Positions 1 to 9,843 of a stretch of 56,369 bases of DNA are shown one piece after another (within the stretch, counting starts at the first letter, position 1; each line of letters begins with the position of its first letter). The notes beneath the pieces are model-generated. The model made no database searches, was not told the origin of the DNA, and was given only the letters and a program-made list of their open reading frames with translations. Made by a program: the position numbers and the translations under genes. The stretch is from positions 1 through 56,369 of the forward strand of contig DAOTGG010000003.1 of the NCBI GenBank assembly GCA_035446985.1, in the 5' to 3' direction. The DNA comes from Eubacteriales bacterium (GTDB lineage Bacteria > Bacillota > Clostridia > Christensenellales > CAG-314).

Positions 1-1
1 C

Positions 2-2107
2 GAACTCGATATGGGACCTTTCCATTACAAAGATTGCAGTAAGCCGCTGACTAACAGCGTCGGACTGCCCACAGCTCATTATTTTGAAAATATAGATCCG
101 CAGCCTATGCCCGTCATTACGACAGAGATAGCAAGCGGACGTTTTGAAGATGACATCCGCCGTATGCGTATGGCGGCTCATCACGGCGCAGACCATATTA
201 TGGTTATAAGAACTGCAGGTCAAAGTCACTTTGACGGACTTATCGAAGGCACGCCACAAGGCGTCGGCGGAGTGCCTATAAGCAGAAAACAAATCCGCGC
301 GCAGAGAAAAGCGCTTGATATGATAGAAGAAGAAGTCGGCAGACCTATTAACTATCATTCATACGTTTCGGGCGTGGCGGGACCTGACATTGCCGTAATG
401 TTTGCCGAAGAGGGCGTAAACGGCTGTCACCAGGATCCTCAGTATAACGTAATTTACCGCAACATAAATATGGTGCGTTCTTTTGTCGACGCGTGCGAAA
501 GCAAAAAACTTATCGCGTGGGCGAATATGGCGCAAATCGACGGAGCGCACAACGCGAACGCAACGGCGAGAGAAGCGTGGAAAGTAATGCCCGAACTCAT
601 GGTTCAACACGCTATTAACGCGTTATTTAGCGCAAAAGTCGGAATCAGCAAAAGAAATATTTGTCTTTCGACAGTACCGCCGACGGCAACCCCCGCTCCT
701 TGCGTTTATATGGATTTACCGTACGCTGTAGCTTTGCGCGAACTGTTTACGGATTACCGTATGCGCGCGCAAATGAATACGAAATATATCGAAGCGTCCA
801 CCCGTGACGCGACCGTTACTCACGTACTCAATATGCTTATCAGTAAACTGACGAGCGCGGACATTCAATCGACCATTACCCCCGACGAAGGCAGAAACGT
901 GCCTTGGCATATTTATAACGTGGAAGCGTGCGACACGGCAAAACAAACCTTGCTGGCGTTGGACGGACTTATGGATATGGTAGAATTGAAACGCGGAGGC
1001 GCGCTTGACGATAAAGCGAGAGAACTGAAAGAAAGAGCAGTATTGTTCTTGGAAGAAATGCTGGAAATGGGCGGATATTACAAAGCCGTGGAAGCTGGAA
1101 TGTTTGTAGACAGCGGTTATTACCCCGAGCGCAACGGCGACGGAATAGTCAGACAAATGAACGGCGGCGTTGGCGCGGGCACAGTTTTCCCAAGAAAAAA
1201 AGCGTATATGGCACCAGTTACGGCGCACTTTGGTTACAATAACGTTGCGCAGTACGATAAAAACGCAGTCGATAACCCGAGCAAACTCATCGACGGCTGC
1301 ACTTTGGAAAAAAGAGAAAAAATCGTTTATATCGACGAACTTGACGAAACGGACAACTGCATTGAAAGAATGAAAGAAAACGAAAAATATCGCGGCGGCA
1401 AATGGCTAAAACCCGAAATGGAATGGCTGGCTGACGGCACGGTGCTTATGACAATGTTCTTCCCAGTTTCAAAAAATATCGCGGAAGCGGCTGCGCTTGA
1501 AGTAGCGAAAAAATTCAATTTGTCCGATGCGGAAGTTATTAACAGAGAAATAATGCAAGCCGAAGAAGGCACGAGAATAGAACTCAAAGGCAAAGTGAAT
1601 TTTGACATTGATATGACAAAACTTGAATTGCCTATCGAACCCGATATTATGAGCGACGAAAGTATCCGCGCTGATATCGAAGCGCATCCTATGACGGTGG
1701 TTTGCGGAACGGTCGGACAGGACGAGCATTCCGTCGGACTGCGTGAAATTATCGACATCAAACACGGCGGTATCGAAAAATACGGAATAAAAGTGCATTA
1801 TCTCGGCACGAGCGTACCCGTGGAAAAAATCGTCGACGCTGCGATAGAGCTTAACGCGGACGCAATTTTGGCGTCCACTATCATAAGCCACGACGACATT
1901 CACTATAAAAATATTCAAGCGATAGACAAAATCGCGCGTGAAAAAGGCGTAAGAGACAAGCTTATTTTCGTGTCGGGCGGAACGCAAGTAACGAACGAGC
2001 AAGCGGTCAAACACGGCGCGGACGCGGGCTTTGGCAGAGGCACGCACGGAAACCATGTTGCGACGTTTTTGGTAAAACGCAGAAAAGAGCTAAAAGATAA
2101 AAAATGA
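2..2107 (+). CDS. oraE: D-ornithine 4,5-aminomutase large subunit (OraE), 5' end cut by window edge
   Basis: The frame is open from position 2 (ELD before the first Met). The protein matches remembered Clostridium sticklandii OraE almost throughout (ITTEIASGRFEDDIRRMRMAA, STITPDEGRNVPWH). The C-terminal B12-binding motif DxHxxG is present as GQDEHSVGLREI. Confidence 0.9.
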   Translation, partial: ELDMGPFHYKDCSKPLTNSVGLPTAHYFENIDPQPMPVITTEIASGRFEDDIRRMRMAAHHGADHIMVIRTAGQSHFDGLIEGTPQGVGGVPISRKQIRAQRKALDMIEEEVGRPINYHSYVSGVAGPDIAVMFAEEGVNGCHQDPQYNVIYRNINMVRSFVDACESKKLIAWANMAQIDGAHNANATAREAWKVMPELMVQHAINALFSAKVGISKRNICLSTVPPTATPAPCVYMDLPYAVALRELFTDYRMRAQMNTKYIEASTRDATVTHVLNMLISKLTSADIQSTITPDEGRNVPWHIYNVEACDTAKQTLLALDGLMDMVELKRGGALDDKARELKERAVLFLEEMLEMGGYYKAVEAGMFVDSGYYPERNGDGIVRQMNGGVGAGTVFPRKKAYMAPVTAHFGYNNVAQYDKNAVDNPSKLIDGCTLEKREKIVYIDELDETDNCIERMKENEKYRGGKWLKPEMEWLADGTVLMTMFFPVSKNIAEAAALEVAKKFNLSDAEVINREIMQAEEGTRIELKGKVNFDIDMTKLELPIEPDIMSDESIRADIEAHPMTVVCGTVGQDEHSVGLREIIDIKHGGIEKYGIKVHYLGTSVPVEKIVDAAIELNADAILASTIISHDDIHYKNIQAIDKIAREKGVRDKLIFVSGGTQVTNEQAVKHGADAGFGRGTHGNHVATFLVKRRKELKDKK

Positions 2108-3465
2108 AAATAGACGTTTTGGTAGCGGAAATAGGTTCGACGACAACGATAGTCAACGCGTTCGACGGCATTGAAAACGGCAATCCCGTTTTTTTGGGAC
2201 AAGGCGAAGCGGCGACTACGGTTTTGGACGGCGACGTATGCATTGGATTGGGTAACGCTATCGAAAGCCTGCGCGTAAGCCTAAAAACCGACGAAATCAT
2301 CTACAGCAAAATGCTAGCCACTTCTTCGGCTGCAGGCGGGCTGAAAATGACCGTTCACGGACTTGTTTACGATATGACAGTACGCGCGGCGAAAGAAGCG
2401 GCATTAGGCGCGGGCGCAATAGTCAAAATGATTACGGCGGGCAAACTGCGCCAGTCGGACATCGACCAGATAAAAAAAATCAAACCGAATTTGATTTTGC
2501 TTGCGGGCGGAACCGATTACGGTGAAAGAGAAACGGCGCTTTATAACGCAAAAATGCTTGCCGATATGGATTTTGACGCGCCGGTATTATACGCGGGAAA
2601 CGTTCAAAACCGCGAAGAAATAAATAAGATTTTCGTTGAAAATAATCGCCATTGCGTTTGCGTGGAAAACGTGTATCCTCAGCTTGATATATTAAATATC
2701 GAGCCGACAAGAAAACTTATTCATAAAACATTTGAAGAAAATATCGTAAAAGCGGCGGGAATGGAACGAATACGCGAAATGGTGAGCGGACATATTATTC
2801 CCACACCCGGCGCGGTAATGGAAGCGACTATAATGCTTTACGATATTATCGGCGACCTAGTTACCGTCGATATCGGCGGAGCGACGACGGACGTTCATTC
2901 CGTGACCGACGGAAGCGACGAAATCGCCAGTATTTCGCTAGACGCCGAACCGCGCGCAAAACGCACGGTGGAAGGCGACCTTGGTATGTATGTCAACGCG
3001 AAAAACGTGGTCGAGCTAGTTGGCATTGACAAAATCGAAAAAAAACTTGGTTGCGATACCGCAAAAATGCTAGACGAACTCAAACCTATTCCCGTTGACG
3101 CAGAACAAACAAAATTTGTGGAAGAGCTTGCGTACGAAGCGGGCAAGATAGCTTTGACAAGACACGCGGGACGTATACGGTACGTTTTTGGCAGTAACGG
3201 CAGACAGCCGATTGCGCAAGGCAAAGATTTAACAACCGTAAAATATCTCGTCGGAACGGGCGGTGCTTTGACAAGACTGCCCCGTCATCGGGAAATTTTG
3301 CGAAAACTCGCGGATATAAACGTTAATAAAACTATGTTGTACCCAAAACCCGAAGCAATGGAAATATTGGTTGACAACGATTATATCATGGCGTCTTTGG
3401 GCGTAATGTCGCTGACTTATAAAGACGCGGCGGTAATACTACTCAAAAAATCGTTGGGACTATAA
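2104..3465 (+). CDS. GlmL/MutL-family (glutamate mutase L-like) actin-fold ATPase, putative ornithine aminomutase reactivase
   Basis: ASKHA phosphate motifs are present (VAEIGSTTT near the N-terminus and VDIGGATTDVHS mid-protein). The start overlaps the oraE stop (ATGA). The position between oraE and orr matches the known ornithine cluster layout. Confidence 0.75.
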   Translation: MKIDVLVAEIGSTTTIVNAFDGIENGNPVFLGQGEAATTVLDGDVCIGLGNAIESLRVSLKTDEIIYSKMLATSSAAGGLKMTVHGLVYDMTVRAAKEAALGAGAIVKMITAGKLRQSDIDQIKKIKPNLILLAGGTDYGERETALYNAKMLADMDFDAPVLYAGNVQNREEINKIFVENNRHCVCVENVYPQLDILNIEPTRKLIHKTFEENIVKAAGMERIREMVSGHIIPTPGAVMEATIMLYDIIGDLVTVDIGGATTDVHSVTDGSDEIASISLDAEPRAKRTVEGDLGMYVNAKNVVELVGIDKIEKKLGCDTAKMLDELKPIPVDAEQTKFVEELAYEAGKIALTRHAGRIRYVFGSNGRQPIAQGKDLTTVKYLVGTGGALTRLPRHREILRKLADINVNKTMLYPKPEAMEILVDNDYIMASLGVMSLTYKDAAVILLKKSLGL

Positions 3466-3473
3466 AGGAAAAA

Positions 3474-4544
3474 ATGAATCCTACTTTGAACGTAAACTTA
3501 ATTAAACTCAAGGCGAGCGCCGAGACTTTGGTAAAAAAACTGTCGGAAAATAATATTACGACGGCTTTTGTAACAAAGGTTTTTTGCGCTGACAACAAAA
3601 TGACAGACGTTTTAAATAAAACCGACTGTGCTTTTTTGGCGGATTCACGAATTGAAAATTTGATTAAATACGGTGAAACGAAAAAACAAAAAATGCTCCT
3701 TAGACTGCCGAGCATAAGTGAAGCGGAAAGAGTGGTAAAATATTCAGACATAAGCTGCAATTCGTCAAAAGAAACGGTCATGGCTTTAAACAAAGCGGCG
3801 GCGGAACAAAATAAAATTCATAAAGTTTTGCTTATGATAGACTTGGGCGACCTAAGAGAAGGCATTTTTTACACAAACACCGCATTGATAGACGGCTTTG
3901 TCGAGACGGTAAACGAGTGCCGCAATATTCGGTTGGCCGGGTTAGGAACAAATATCACTTGTTACGGCGGAGTTTTGCCTACGGAAGAAAATATGGGCGT
4001 TTTGCTTAATATCGCAAAACATATTGAAGAAAAGTACAAACTAAAACTTGATATAATAAGCGGCGGTAATTCTTCCAGCATATTATTTTTAGACTCTGGC
4101 AAAATGCCAAAAGGAATAAACAATCTGCGCTTGGGCGAATCGCTCGTACTAGGAGTGGAAACCGCAAAAGGAAGCAGAATATCCGATACTTATGACGATG
4201 CGGTAACGCTTACCGCCGAGATAATAGAACTTTACGTTAAACCCAGCTACCCTATAGGCGAGCAAACCGTAAACGCTTTCGGCGAAAAGGGCGTATACGT
4301 TGACATCGGCGACAGAACAAGGGGAATTTTGGCGGTCGGCAGACAGGACGTCGATTTTGAAGGATTGATACCTGTCGACGAAAAGCTGACGATAATAAGC
4401 GCAAGCAGCGACCATTTACTCGTTGATTTTACCGACGCGAAAAACAATTACAAAATCGGCGACACGGTAACTTTTAAACTAAAATACGGGGCGGCGCTCA
4501 GAGCGTTCACAAGCCCGTATGTAGATAAAAAATATATAGAATAA
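3474..4544 (+). CDS. orr: ornithine racemase (alanine-racemase-fold PLP enzyme)
   Basis: At 356 aa it has the size and position of Orr in the ord-ort-ora-orr cluster. It reads as an N-terminal TIM-barrel racemase-like sequence. An AAGGA RBS lies upstream. Confidence 0.7.
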   Translation: MNPTLNVNLIKLKASAETLVKKLSENNITTAFVTKVFCADNKMTDVLNKTDCAFLADSRIENLIKYGETKKQKMLLRLPSISEAERVVKYSDISCNSSKETVMALNKAAAEQNKIHKVLLMIDLGDLREGIFYTNTALIDGFVETVNECRNIRLAGLGTNITCYGGVLPTEENMGVLLNIAKHIEEKYKLKLDIISGGNSSSILFLDSGKMPKGINNLRLGESLVLGVETAKGSRISDTYDDAVTLTAEIIELYVKPSYPIGEQTVNAFGEKGVYVDIGDRTRGILAVGRQDVDFEGLIPVDEKLTIISASSDHLLVDFTDAKNNYKIGDTVTFKLKYGAALRAFTSPYVDKKYIE

Positions 4545-4586
4545 AGGAGAAGAGCGCAAAAAAATATTTTATGCGCGACAAAAACT

Positions 4587-5576
4587 ATGAAGGTCAATTT
4601 GAAAGGCAGAAGTTTTCTGACATTACTCGATTACACTCCCGAAGAAATCAATTATTTATTGGATTTAGCTACGGAACTTAAAGCTAAGAAAAAAGCGGGA
4701 AAAATCGGCGACAGAATGAAAGGCAAAAACGTAGTTTTGCTTTTTGATAAATCCAGCACGCGCACGCGTTGCGCATTTGAAGTCGCGGCATATGACGAAG
4801 GCGCGCACGTTACTTTCCTGACAAACAGCCAAATGGGCAAAAAAGAAAGTTTGGAAGACACGGCAAAAGTATTAGGTCGTTTTTACGACGGTATCGAATA
4901 CCGCGGATTCAGCCAGGAACTCGTAACGGACTTGGCAAAATTCTCGGGCGTACCCGTTTGGAATGGGCTTACTGACCTTTATCACCCCACGCAAGTACTG
5001 GCTGATATAATGACAGTAAAAGAACACATCAAAAAACCCTTAAATAAGATAAAATTCGTTTACGTCGGCGACGCTAGAAACAATATGGGTAATTCTTTAA
5101 TGATCGGCTGCGCAAAAATGGGTATGCAATTTGTTTCACTCGCTCCAAAAGCGTTGTTCCCCAATGAAAAACTCGTTAACGAAATGAAAGAACTTTGCAA
5201 AGTGACGGGCGGCAGCGTGACGCTTACCGATAATATCAAAGACGTTGAAGGCGCGGACGTGCTTTACACAGACGTATGGGTATCGATGGGCGAAGAAGCG
5301 CAGTTTGAAGAAAGAATAAAATTACTCGCTCCTTATAGAATTGATATGAATATGGTAAAAACCACGAAAAATCCCGACGTTATTTTCCTGCATTGTTTGC
5401 CGAGTTTCCACGATTTGGAAACGTCAGTTGGTAAAGATATTTTCGAAAAATACGGTTTGAAAGAAATGGAAGCTTCAGACGAAGTTTTCCGCAGCAAACA
5501 CAGCGTTGTTTTTGACGAAGCCGAAAACCGTATGCATACGATAAAAGCGGTTATGGTTGCGACAATCGGGAGATAG
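4587..5576 (+). CDS. arcB: ornithine carbamoyltransferase (catabolic context)
   Basis: OTCase motifs are present: [10 protein letters not shown] (carbamoyl-P site), HPTQVLAD and HCLPSFH. Confidence 0.92.
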   Translation: MKVNLKGRSFLTLLDYTPEEINYLLDLATELKAKKKAGKIGDRMKGKNVVLLFDKSSTRTRCAFEVAAYDEGAHVTFLTNSQMGKKESLEDTAKVLGRFYDGIEYRGFSQELVTDLAKFSGVPVWNGLTDLYHPTQVLADIMTVKEHIKKPLNKIKFVYVGDARNNMGNSLMIGCAKMGMQFVSLAPKALFPNEKLVNEMKELCKVTGGSVTLTDNIKDVEGADVLYTDVWVSMGEEAQFEERIKLLAPYRIDMNMVKTTKNPDVIFLHCLPSFHDLETSVGKDIFEKYGLKEMEASDEVFRSKHSVVFDEAENRMHTIKAVMVATIGR

Positions 5577-5579
5577 TAA

Positions 5580-6512
5580 ATGAAACTTGTAGTGGCGTTG
5601 GGAGGAAACGCGTTGGGCAATACTCCCGAAGAACAAAAAATGCTTGTTAAGTCAACCGCAAAAGCCATAGTTGATTTAATCGAGCAAGGACACTCGGTCG
5701 TGGTAACGCACGGAAACGGACCGCAGGTAGGTATGATAAATCTGGCTTTTGAAACGGCAAGTAAATCCAGCGAAAACGTTCCCGCTATGCCTTTCCCCGA
5801 ATGCGGAGCAATGAGCCAGGGTTATATAGGATATCACTTGCAAACGGCCTTGCAAACGGAACTCAAAAACCGCAATATATCTAAACCCGTTGCCGCTGTC
5901 GTAACGCAGGTTGTCGTTGATAAAAACGACAAAGGTTTTACAAATCCGACAAAACCTATCGGCGCGTATTGCGACAAAGCGAAAGCAGAAAAACAGGAAA
6001 AAGAAAGCGGCTATGTTATGCGTGATTTTGGCGCGAAAGGTTTCCGCAGAGTAGTGGCGAGTCCTTTGCCCGTTGACATAGTGGAAATAGGCGCGGTAAA
6101 AACGTTATTGAATAACGACTGCGTTGTAATCACGGTAGGCGGCGGCGGAATACCCGTCGTTAAAGAAGGCAACGAATACGAAGGCGTACCCGCAGTTATA
6201 GACAAAGATTTTGCAAGCGCGTTGGTAGCGAAACTTATCGACGCGGACGAACTGGTCATTCTTACCGCCGTAGATAAAGTGGCGGTTGATTTTGGAAAAC
6301 CGACTCAAAAAGACCTGGACATACTGACGGTTAGCGAAGCGGAAAAATATATGAACGAAGACCAATTCGGCAAAGGTAGTATGCAGCCAAAAGTTACAGC
6401 GGCGGTCAACTTTGTAAAAAGCGGCAAAGGAAAACAAGCGATAATAGCAAATCTTGAAAAAGCCGAATTAGCTATAAAAGGCAAAAGCGGAACGAAAGTT
6501 ATAAACGGCTAA
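5580..6512 (+). CDS. arcC: carbamate kinase
   Basis: N-terminal MKLVVALGGNALG and THGNGPQVG are typical of carbamate kinase. The size is 310 aa and the gene sits directly after the OTCase. Confidence 0.9.
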   Translation: MKLVVALGGNALGNTPEEQKMLVKSTAKAIVDLIEQGHSVVVTHGNGPQVGMINLAFETASKSSENVPAMPFPECGAMSQGYIGYHLQTALQTELKNRNISKPVAAVVTQVVVDKNDKGFTNPTKPIGAYCDKAKAEKQEKESGYVMRDFGAKGFRRVVASPLPVDIVEIGAVKTLLNNDCVVITVGGGGIPVVKEGNEYEGVPAVIDKDFASALVAKLIDADELVILTAVDKVAVDFGKPTQKDLDILTVSEAEKYMNEDQFGKGSMQPKVTAAVNFVKSGKGKQAIIANLEKAELAIKGKSGTKVING

Positions 6513-6531
6513 GGAATTTTAATTTATCAAA

Positions 6532-6561
6532 ACAGCTATATTAAAAATAGCTGTTTTTTTT
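6532..6561 (+). terminator. intrinsic terminator after arcC
   Basis: An 8-bp stem (acagctat 6532-6539 / atagctgt 6547-6554) with a 7-nt loop is followed by seven T (6555-6561). Confidence 0.75.
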
Positions 6562-6582
6562 ATACGGCGCAAATTAAAATAG

Positions 6583-6611
6583 TTGCATTTCAGTAAAATT
6601 AGGTCTATTAT
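6583..6611 (+). promoter_or_regulatory. sigma-70-like promoter for the PII-like/antiporter unit
   Basis: TTGCAT (6583-6588), a 17-nt spacer, then TATTAT (6606-6611), about 36 nt upstream of the ATG at 6648. Confidence 0.5.
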
Positions 6612-6647
6612 ATTTACATAAAGACTTTTTTAGAAGGTGATTAAAAA

Positions 6648-6986
6648 ATGAAACTATTGCTAGCTGTCATTATGAAAAATGATGATTATCGCAACAGGGT
6701 TTTGAATGAATTGGGAAAATACGAGACTACAGGCACGGTAATACCTACAACGAGTATGCGTAACGCGATTACTCAATCTTGTGTAGAGCCTTTACCAAAT
6801 TTCGGCGGACTGAGACAAATTTACGAAAACGACCGTTCGCTAAATACTACGATTTTGGCTGTTATCGAAGAAGAAGAGCTCGAACAAGTAAAAACATTAA
6901 TCAGAAATGTGAGCGTTAAAAATCAAGAGAATGAAGGCATTATGTTTGCCGTACCCGTTATGTACTTTGAGGAGTTAAAAGACTAA
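6648..6986 (+). CDS. small PII-fold-like protein (hypothetical), probable partner of the downstream antiporter
   Basis: The 112-aa sequence alternates in a beta-alpha-beta / long loop / beta-alpha-beta pattern (KLLLAVI, DDYRNRVLNELGK, TGTVIPT, a loop of about 28 aa, TTILAVI, EEELEQVKTLIRN, IMFAVPV), as in PII/DarA-type proteins. A GAAGGTGA RBS is present. The stop lies 3 nt before the antiporter start. Confidence 0.45.
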   Translation: MKLLLAVIMKNDDYRNRVLNELGKYETTGTVIPTTSMRNAITQSCVEPLPNFGGLRQIYENDRSLNTTILAVIEEEELEQVKTLIRNVSVKNQENEGIMFAVPVMYFEELKD

Positions 6987-6989
6987 TTT

Positions 6990-8270
6990 ATGAACACCCT
7001 GCTTGTTTTGGGTCTTGCCTTGGTGGCTGGGCTCTTTTTCACCAGAATAATGAAACTTATAGGTTTGCCCGACGTTACCGGCTATCTGCTTGCAGGATTG
7101 CTCATCGGTCCGTATGTACTAAACCTTATGACGGAAACGAATCTTGAAACGTTAAATATAATCACAACGTCAGCGTTGGGATTTATCGCGTTTTCAATCG
7201 GTTCTTCCTTCAAAAAAGATACTTTGCGTCAAATGGGCGGAAAGATAATCGTTAACACGCTATTCGAGTCATTAAGCGCAGTTATAGTTGTCGACCTTAT
7301 TTTGTGGCTACTCGGCGTAACGGGACTTGTAGATATTCCGTTGCCGTTAGCTATCGTCTTGGGCGCAATTGCCGCGGCAACCGCTCCTGCCGCAACGCTA
7401 ATGGTTGTCAGACAATACAAAGCAAAAGGTATCGTCACCGATACTCTTTTACCGATAGTAGGCTTCGATGACGCCGTAGGACTTATGGCTTTCGCTATAT
7501 CTATTCCCATCGCAAAAGTTTTGATTTCGGGCGGACAACCGACTTTTGTCGAAATGTTTTTAGAGCCGCTTGCACAAATCAGTATATCGCTGGCGGTGGG
7601 CGCAGTTTTGGGTTTGGTTTTGGCATTATGCTCAAAACTCTTTAAATCGCGCGTAAATAGAATTACATTGATTATCGCCGTTGTTTTTGCGGGACTTGCT
7701 ATTTCGCAAATACTTAACAAAACGCCGTATAATATTTTACATTTATCAAGCCTGCTCGTCTGCATGATGATAGGAGCAATTTATTCAAACGTATTCAAAG
7801 AAAACGAAGCTCCGTTAAATTTGCTGGAACAATGGACATATCCTTTGTTTATGCTTTTCTTCGTAATAAGCGGAGCGGAATTACGGGTCGATGTTATTTT
7901 GTCGGTAGGTGTTATCGGGGTTGTTTACATTGTTGCCCGTTCGCTCGGCAAATATTTCGGCGCGTCTTTGGGCGCGAAAGTCGTCAAAGCTGATAAAAAC
8001 GTTGTTAAATATCTGGGCTTCGCTTTGTTACCGCAAGCCGGCGTTGCGATAGGTATGGCGACTTTGGTTGTGACAATGATACCTGAATACGGCGTGCAGA
8101 TAAATACGGTCATACTTTGCGCTACGTTTATTTACGAATTGTTCGGACCTATGCTTACAAAAATGGCTCTCACCAAAGCCGGTGAAATTGAACCGGGTAC
8201 TTCCCGTCCCACGATTTTTGCTAGAAGAAAAGATAGAATTCGTCATCATAAAGATAAAATCGAACCGTAA
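6990..8270 (+). CDS. cation:proton antiporter (Na+/H+ exchanger family, CPA-type) without a fused RCK/KTN domain
   Basis: The N-terminus LALVAGLFFTRIMKLIGLPDVTGYLLAGLLIGPYVLN is typical of the Na_H_Exchanger family. The protein is hydrophobic throughout and ends in a short basic tail. Confidence 0.85.
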   Translation: MNTLLVLGLALVAGLFFTRIMKLIGLPDVTGYLLAGLLIGPYVLNLMTETNLETLNIITTSALGFIAFSIGSSFKKDTLRQMGGKIIVNTLFESLSAVIVVDLILWLLGVTGLVDIPLPLAIVLGAIAAATAPAATLMVVRQYKAKGIVTDTLLPIVGFDDAVGLMAFAISIPIAKVLISGGQPTFVEMFLEPLAQISISLAVGAVLGLVLALCSKLFKSRVNRITLIIAVVFAGLAISQILNKTPYNILHLSSLLVCMMIGAIYSNVFKENEAPLNLLEQWTYPLFMLFFVISGAELRVDVILSVGVIGVVYIVARSLGKYFGASLGAKVVKADKNVVKYLGFALLPQAGVAIGMATLVVTMIPEYGVQINTVILCATFIYELFGPMLTKMALTKAGEIEPGTSRPTIFARRKDRIRHHKDKIEP

Positions 8271-8286
8271 AAATTAAAAACTTTAG

Positions 8287-8326
8287 AACCGCCGCGTAAT
8301 AACGGCGGTTTAATTTTCTCTTTTTT
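8287..8326 (+). terminator. intrinsic terminator after the antiporter
   Basis: A GC-rich 8-bp stem (aaccgccg 8287-8294 / cggcggtt 8303-8310) is followed by a T-rich tract. Confidence 0.75.
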
Positions 8327-8436
8327 CATAGGTTCAAAAAATGCGATTAACGAAAAAACATTTAGTGAAAAATAATCAATATGGAATAACAAAAAATGAA
8401 AATCAGTAGAAAAATTTTTTTAGTAGGTTTGATTAG

Positions 8437-8465
8437 TTGACAAGTCCAAATTTTATCGTTAAAAT
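8437..8465 (+). promoter_or_regulatory. sigma-70-like promoter of the pur operon
   Basis: TTGACA (8437-8442), a 17-nt spacer, then TAAAAT (8460-8465). This leaves a leader of about 155 nt before purE. Confidence 0.5.
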
Positions 8466-8623
8466 ACTTATACTGAAAAATATTTTTTTGTGCCAGTATT
8501 TAGCGGAAATATTTTCTTAATAGACAACTTAGGCGTACCAAATATCAAGCGTTGGGAAAGCCTTTTTTTATTTTTAAAATTGACTTACATATATATTTTT
8601 AAACCAAAAACGGAGAGAAGATT

Positions 8624-9112
8624 ATGCGTAAAGTGGCGGTAATTATGGGCAGCGACAGCGATTTGCCCGTTATGCAAAAAGCGATAGACGTATTAAAGGA
8701 ATACGATATTCCTTTTGAGGCGCACGTATATTCTGCGCACCGCACGCCCGAAATTGCCCGCGAGTTTGCTTTAAACGCAAGGGAGAAGGGTTTTGGCGCA
8801 ATTATTGCGGGCGCGGGTAAAGCCGCGCACCTTGCCGGGGCTCTGGCGGCGAACACTACCTTGCCTGTAATCGGAGTCCCTATAAAATCAAATACTTTGG
8901 ATGGGTTGGACGCTCTGCTGTCCACCGTTCAAATGCCGAGCGGTATTCCGGTCGCAACCGTCGCAATAGACGGAGCGTCGAATGCCGCTCTTTTAGCTGT
9001 CCAAATACTGGCCGTGGAAGACGCCGACTTAGCGGAAAAACTAAGTAACGCAAGGAAAAAAGCGTCGTTGTCCGTATTAGAGAAGGACAAACTTTTATCT
9101 GAAAAAAAATAA
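8624..9112 (+). CDS. purE: N5-carboxyaminoimidazole ribonucleotide mutase (class I PurE-like)
   Basis: [21 protein letters not shown] and [23 protein letters not shown] are class I PurE signatures. Confidence 0.92.
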   Translation: MRKVAVIMGSDSDLPVMQKAIDVLKEYDIPFEAHVYSAHRTPEIAREFALNAREKGFGAIIAGAGKAAHLAGALAANTTLPVIGVPIKSNTLDGLDALLSTVQMPSGIPVATVAIDGASNAALLAVQILAVEDADLAEKLSNARKKASLSVLEKDKLLSEKK

Positions 9113-9132
9113 TTTCATAAAGGAGTAACAAA

Positions 9133-9822
9133 ATGAACAACCTCAAACTCGTTTACAGCGGCAAAACAAAAAACGTTTTCGCGCTGCCTAACGGCAACTA
9201 CCTTCTCAAATTCAAGGACGACTGCACAGGAGAAAACGGAAAATTTGACCCAGGCTCAAACTCAATCGGTCTTACTATCGAAGGCGTAGGCAGAGTAAAC
9301 TTGCAAATGACCAAGTATTACTTTGAAAAACTTAACCAACTGGGCATCAAAACTCACTTCGTTTCCGCTGACTTAGACGAATGCACAATGGAAGTAAAAG
9401 CTGCGAAAGTTTTCGGCAAAGGTTTAGAAGTAATTTGCCGCAGAAGAGCAGTAGGAAGCTTTTTCCGCAGATATGAAGAATACATAGCAGAAGGCGCGGA
9501 ACTTCCTTATTATGTTGAAATGACTTTCAAAAACGACGCTAAGGGCGACCCGTTGGTAACAAAAGACGGTCTTAGCATTCTTGGCATCATGAACGAAAAA
9601 CAATATGAAGCAACAAAAGAAATGACACAAAAAATCGCTGCCGTTATCGCTAAAGATATGGAAGAAAAAGGTCTTGAACTTTACGATATTAAATTCGAAT
9701 TCGGTTACGTAGGCGACAAAATTATTTTGATTGACGAAATCGCTTCGGGCAATATGCGTGTTTACAAAAACGGCAAATACATTGAGCCGATGACTTTGTC
9801 AGAACTGTTCTTTGCTAAATAA
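9133..9822 (+). CDS. purC: SAICAR synthetase
   Basis: The sequence ([24 protein letters not shown]) and 229-aa size fit PurC, and the gene sits in the pur operon. Confidence 0.88.
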   Translation: MNNLKLVYSGKTKNVFALPNGNYLLKFKDDCTGENGKFDPGSNSIGLTIEGVGRVNLQMTKYYFEKLNQLGIKTHFVSADLDECTMEVKAAKVFGKGLEVICRRRAVGSFFRRYEEYIAEGAELPYYVEMTFKNDAKGDPLVTKDGLSILGIMNEKQYEATKEMTQKIAAVIAKDMEEKGLELYDIKFEFGYVGDKIILIDEIASGNMRVYKNGKYIEPMTLSELFFAK

Positions 9823-9843
9823 TTTTTAGTAAGGAGTAGAAAA

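Noticed and set aside
716-2056. Long antisense ORFs inside oraE (716-1228, 170 aa; 1327-1761; 1469-2056, 195 aa).
   Set aside because: They lie wholly within a strongly supported coding region on the other strand. They have no RBS, low-complexity or odd composition, and no recognisable motifs. They are shadow ORFs.
7229-7765. A 178-aa minus-strand ORF inside the antiporter gene.
   Set aside because: It is a shadow ORF of a hydrophobic membrane-protein gene, with no start context or motifs.
8338-8365. A PurBox-like sequence (attaacgaaaaaac) upstream of the pur promoter.
   Set aside because: Only about 10 of 13 positions match the remembered AWWWCCGAACWWT consensus. There is no inverted partner, and the surrounding DNA is AT-rich enough for this to occur by chance.
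8466-8623. A possible purine, ZTP or PRPP riboswitch, or an attenuator, in the purE leader.
   Set aside because: I could not find the conserved cores (the guanine-riboswitch junction sequences, or the ZTP GGGUCGUG...CCGCCUGGGC). The only structure before the T-run at about 8553-8559 is a weak interrupted 3+4-bp hairpin. A covariance-model scan would be needed to be sure.
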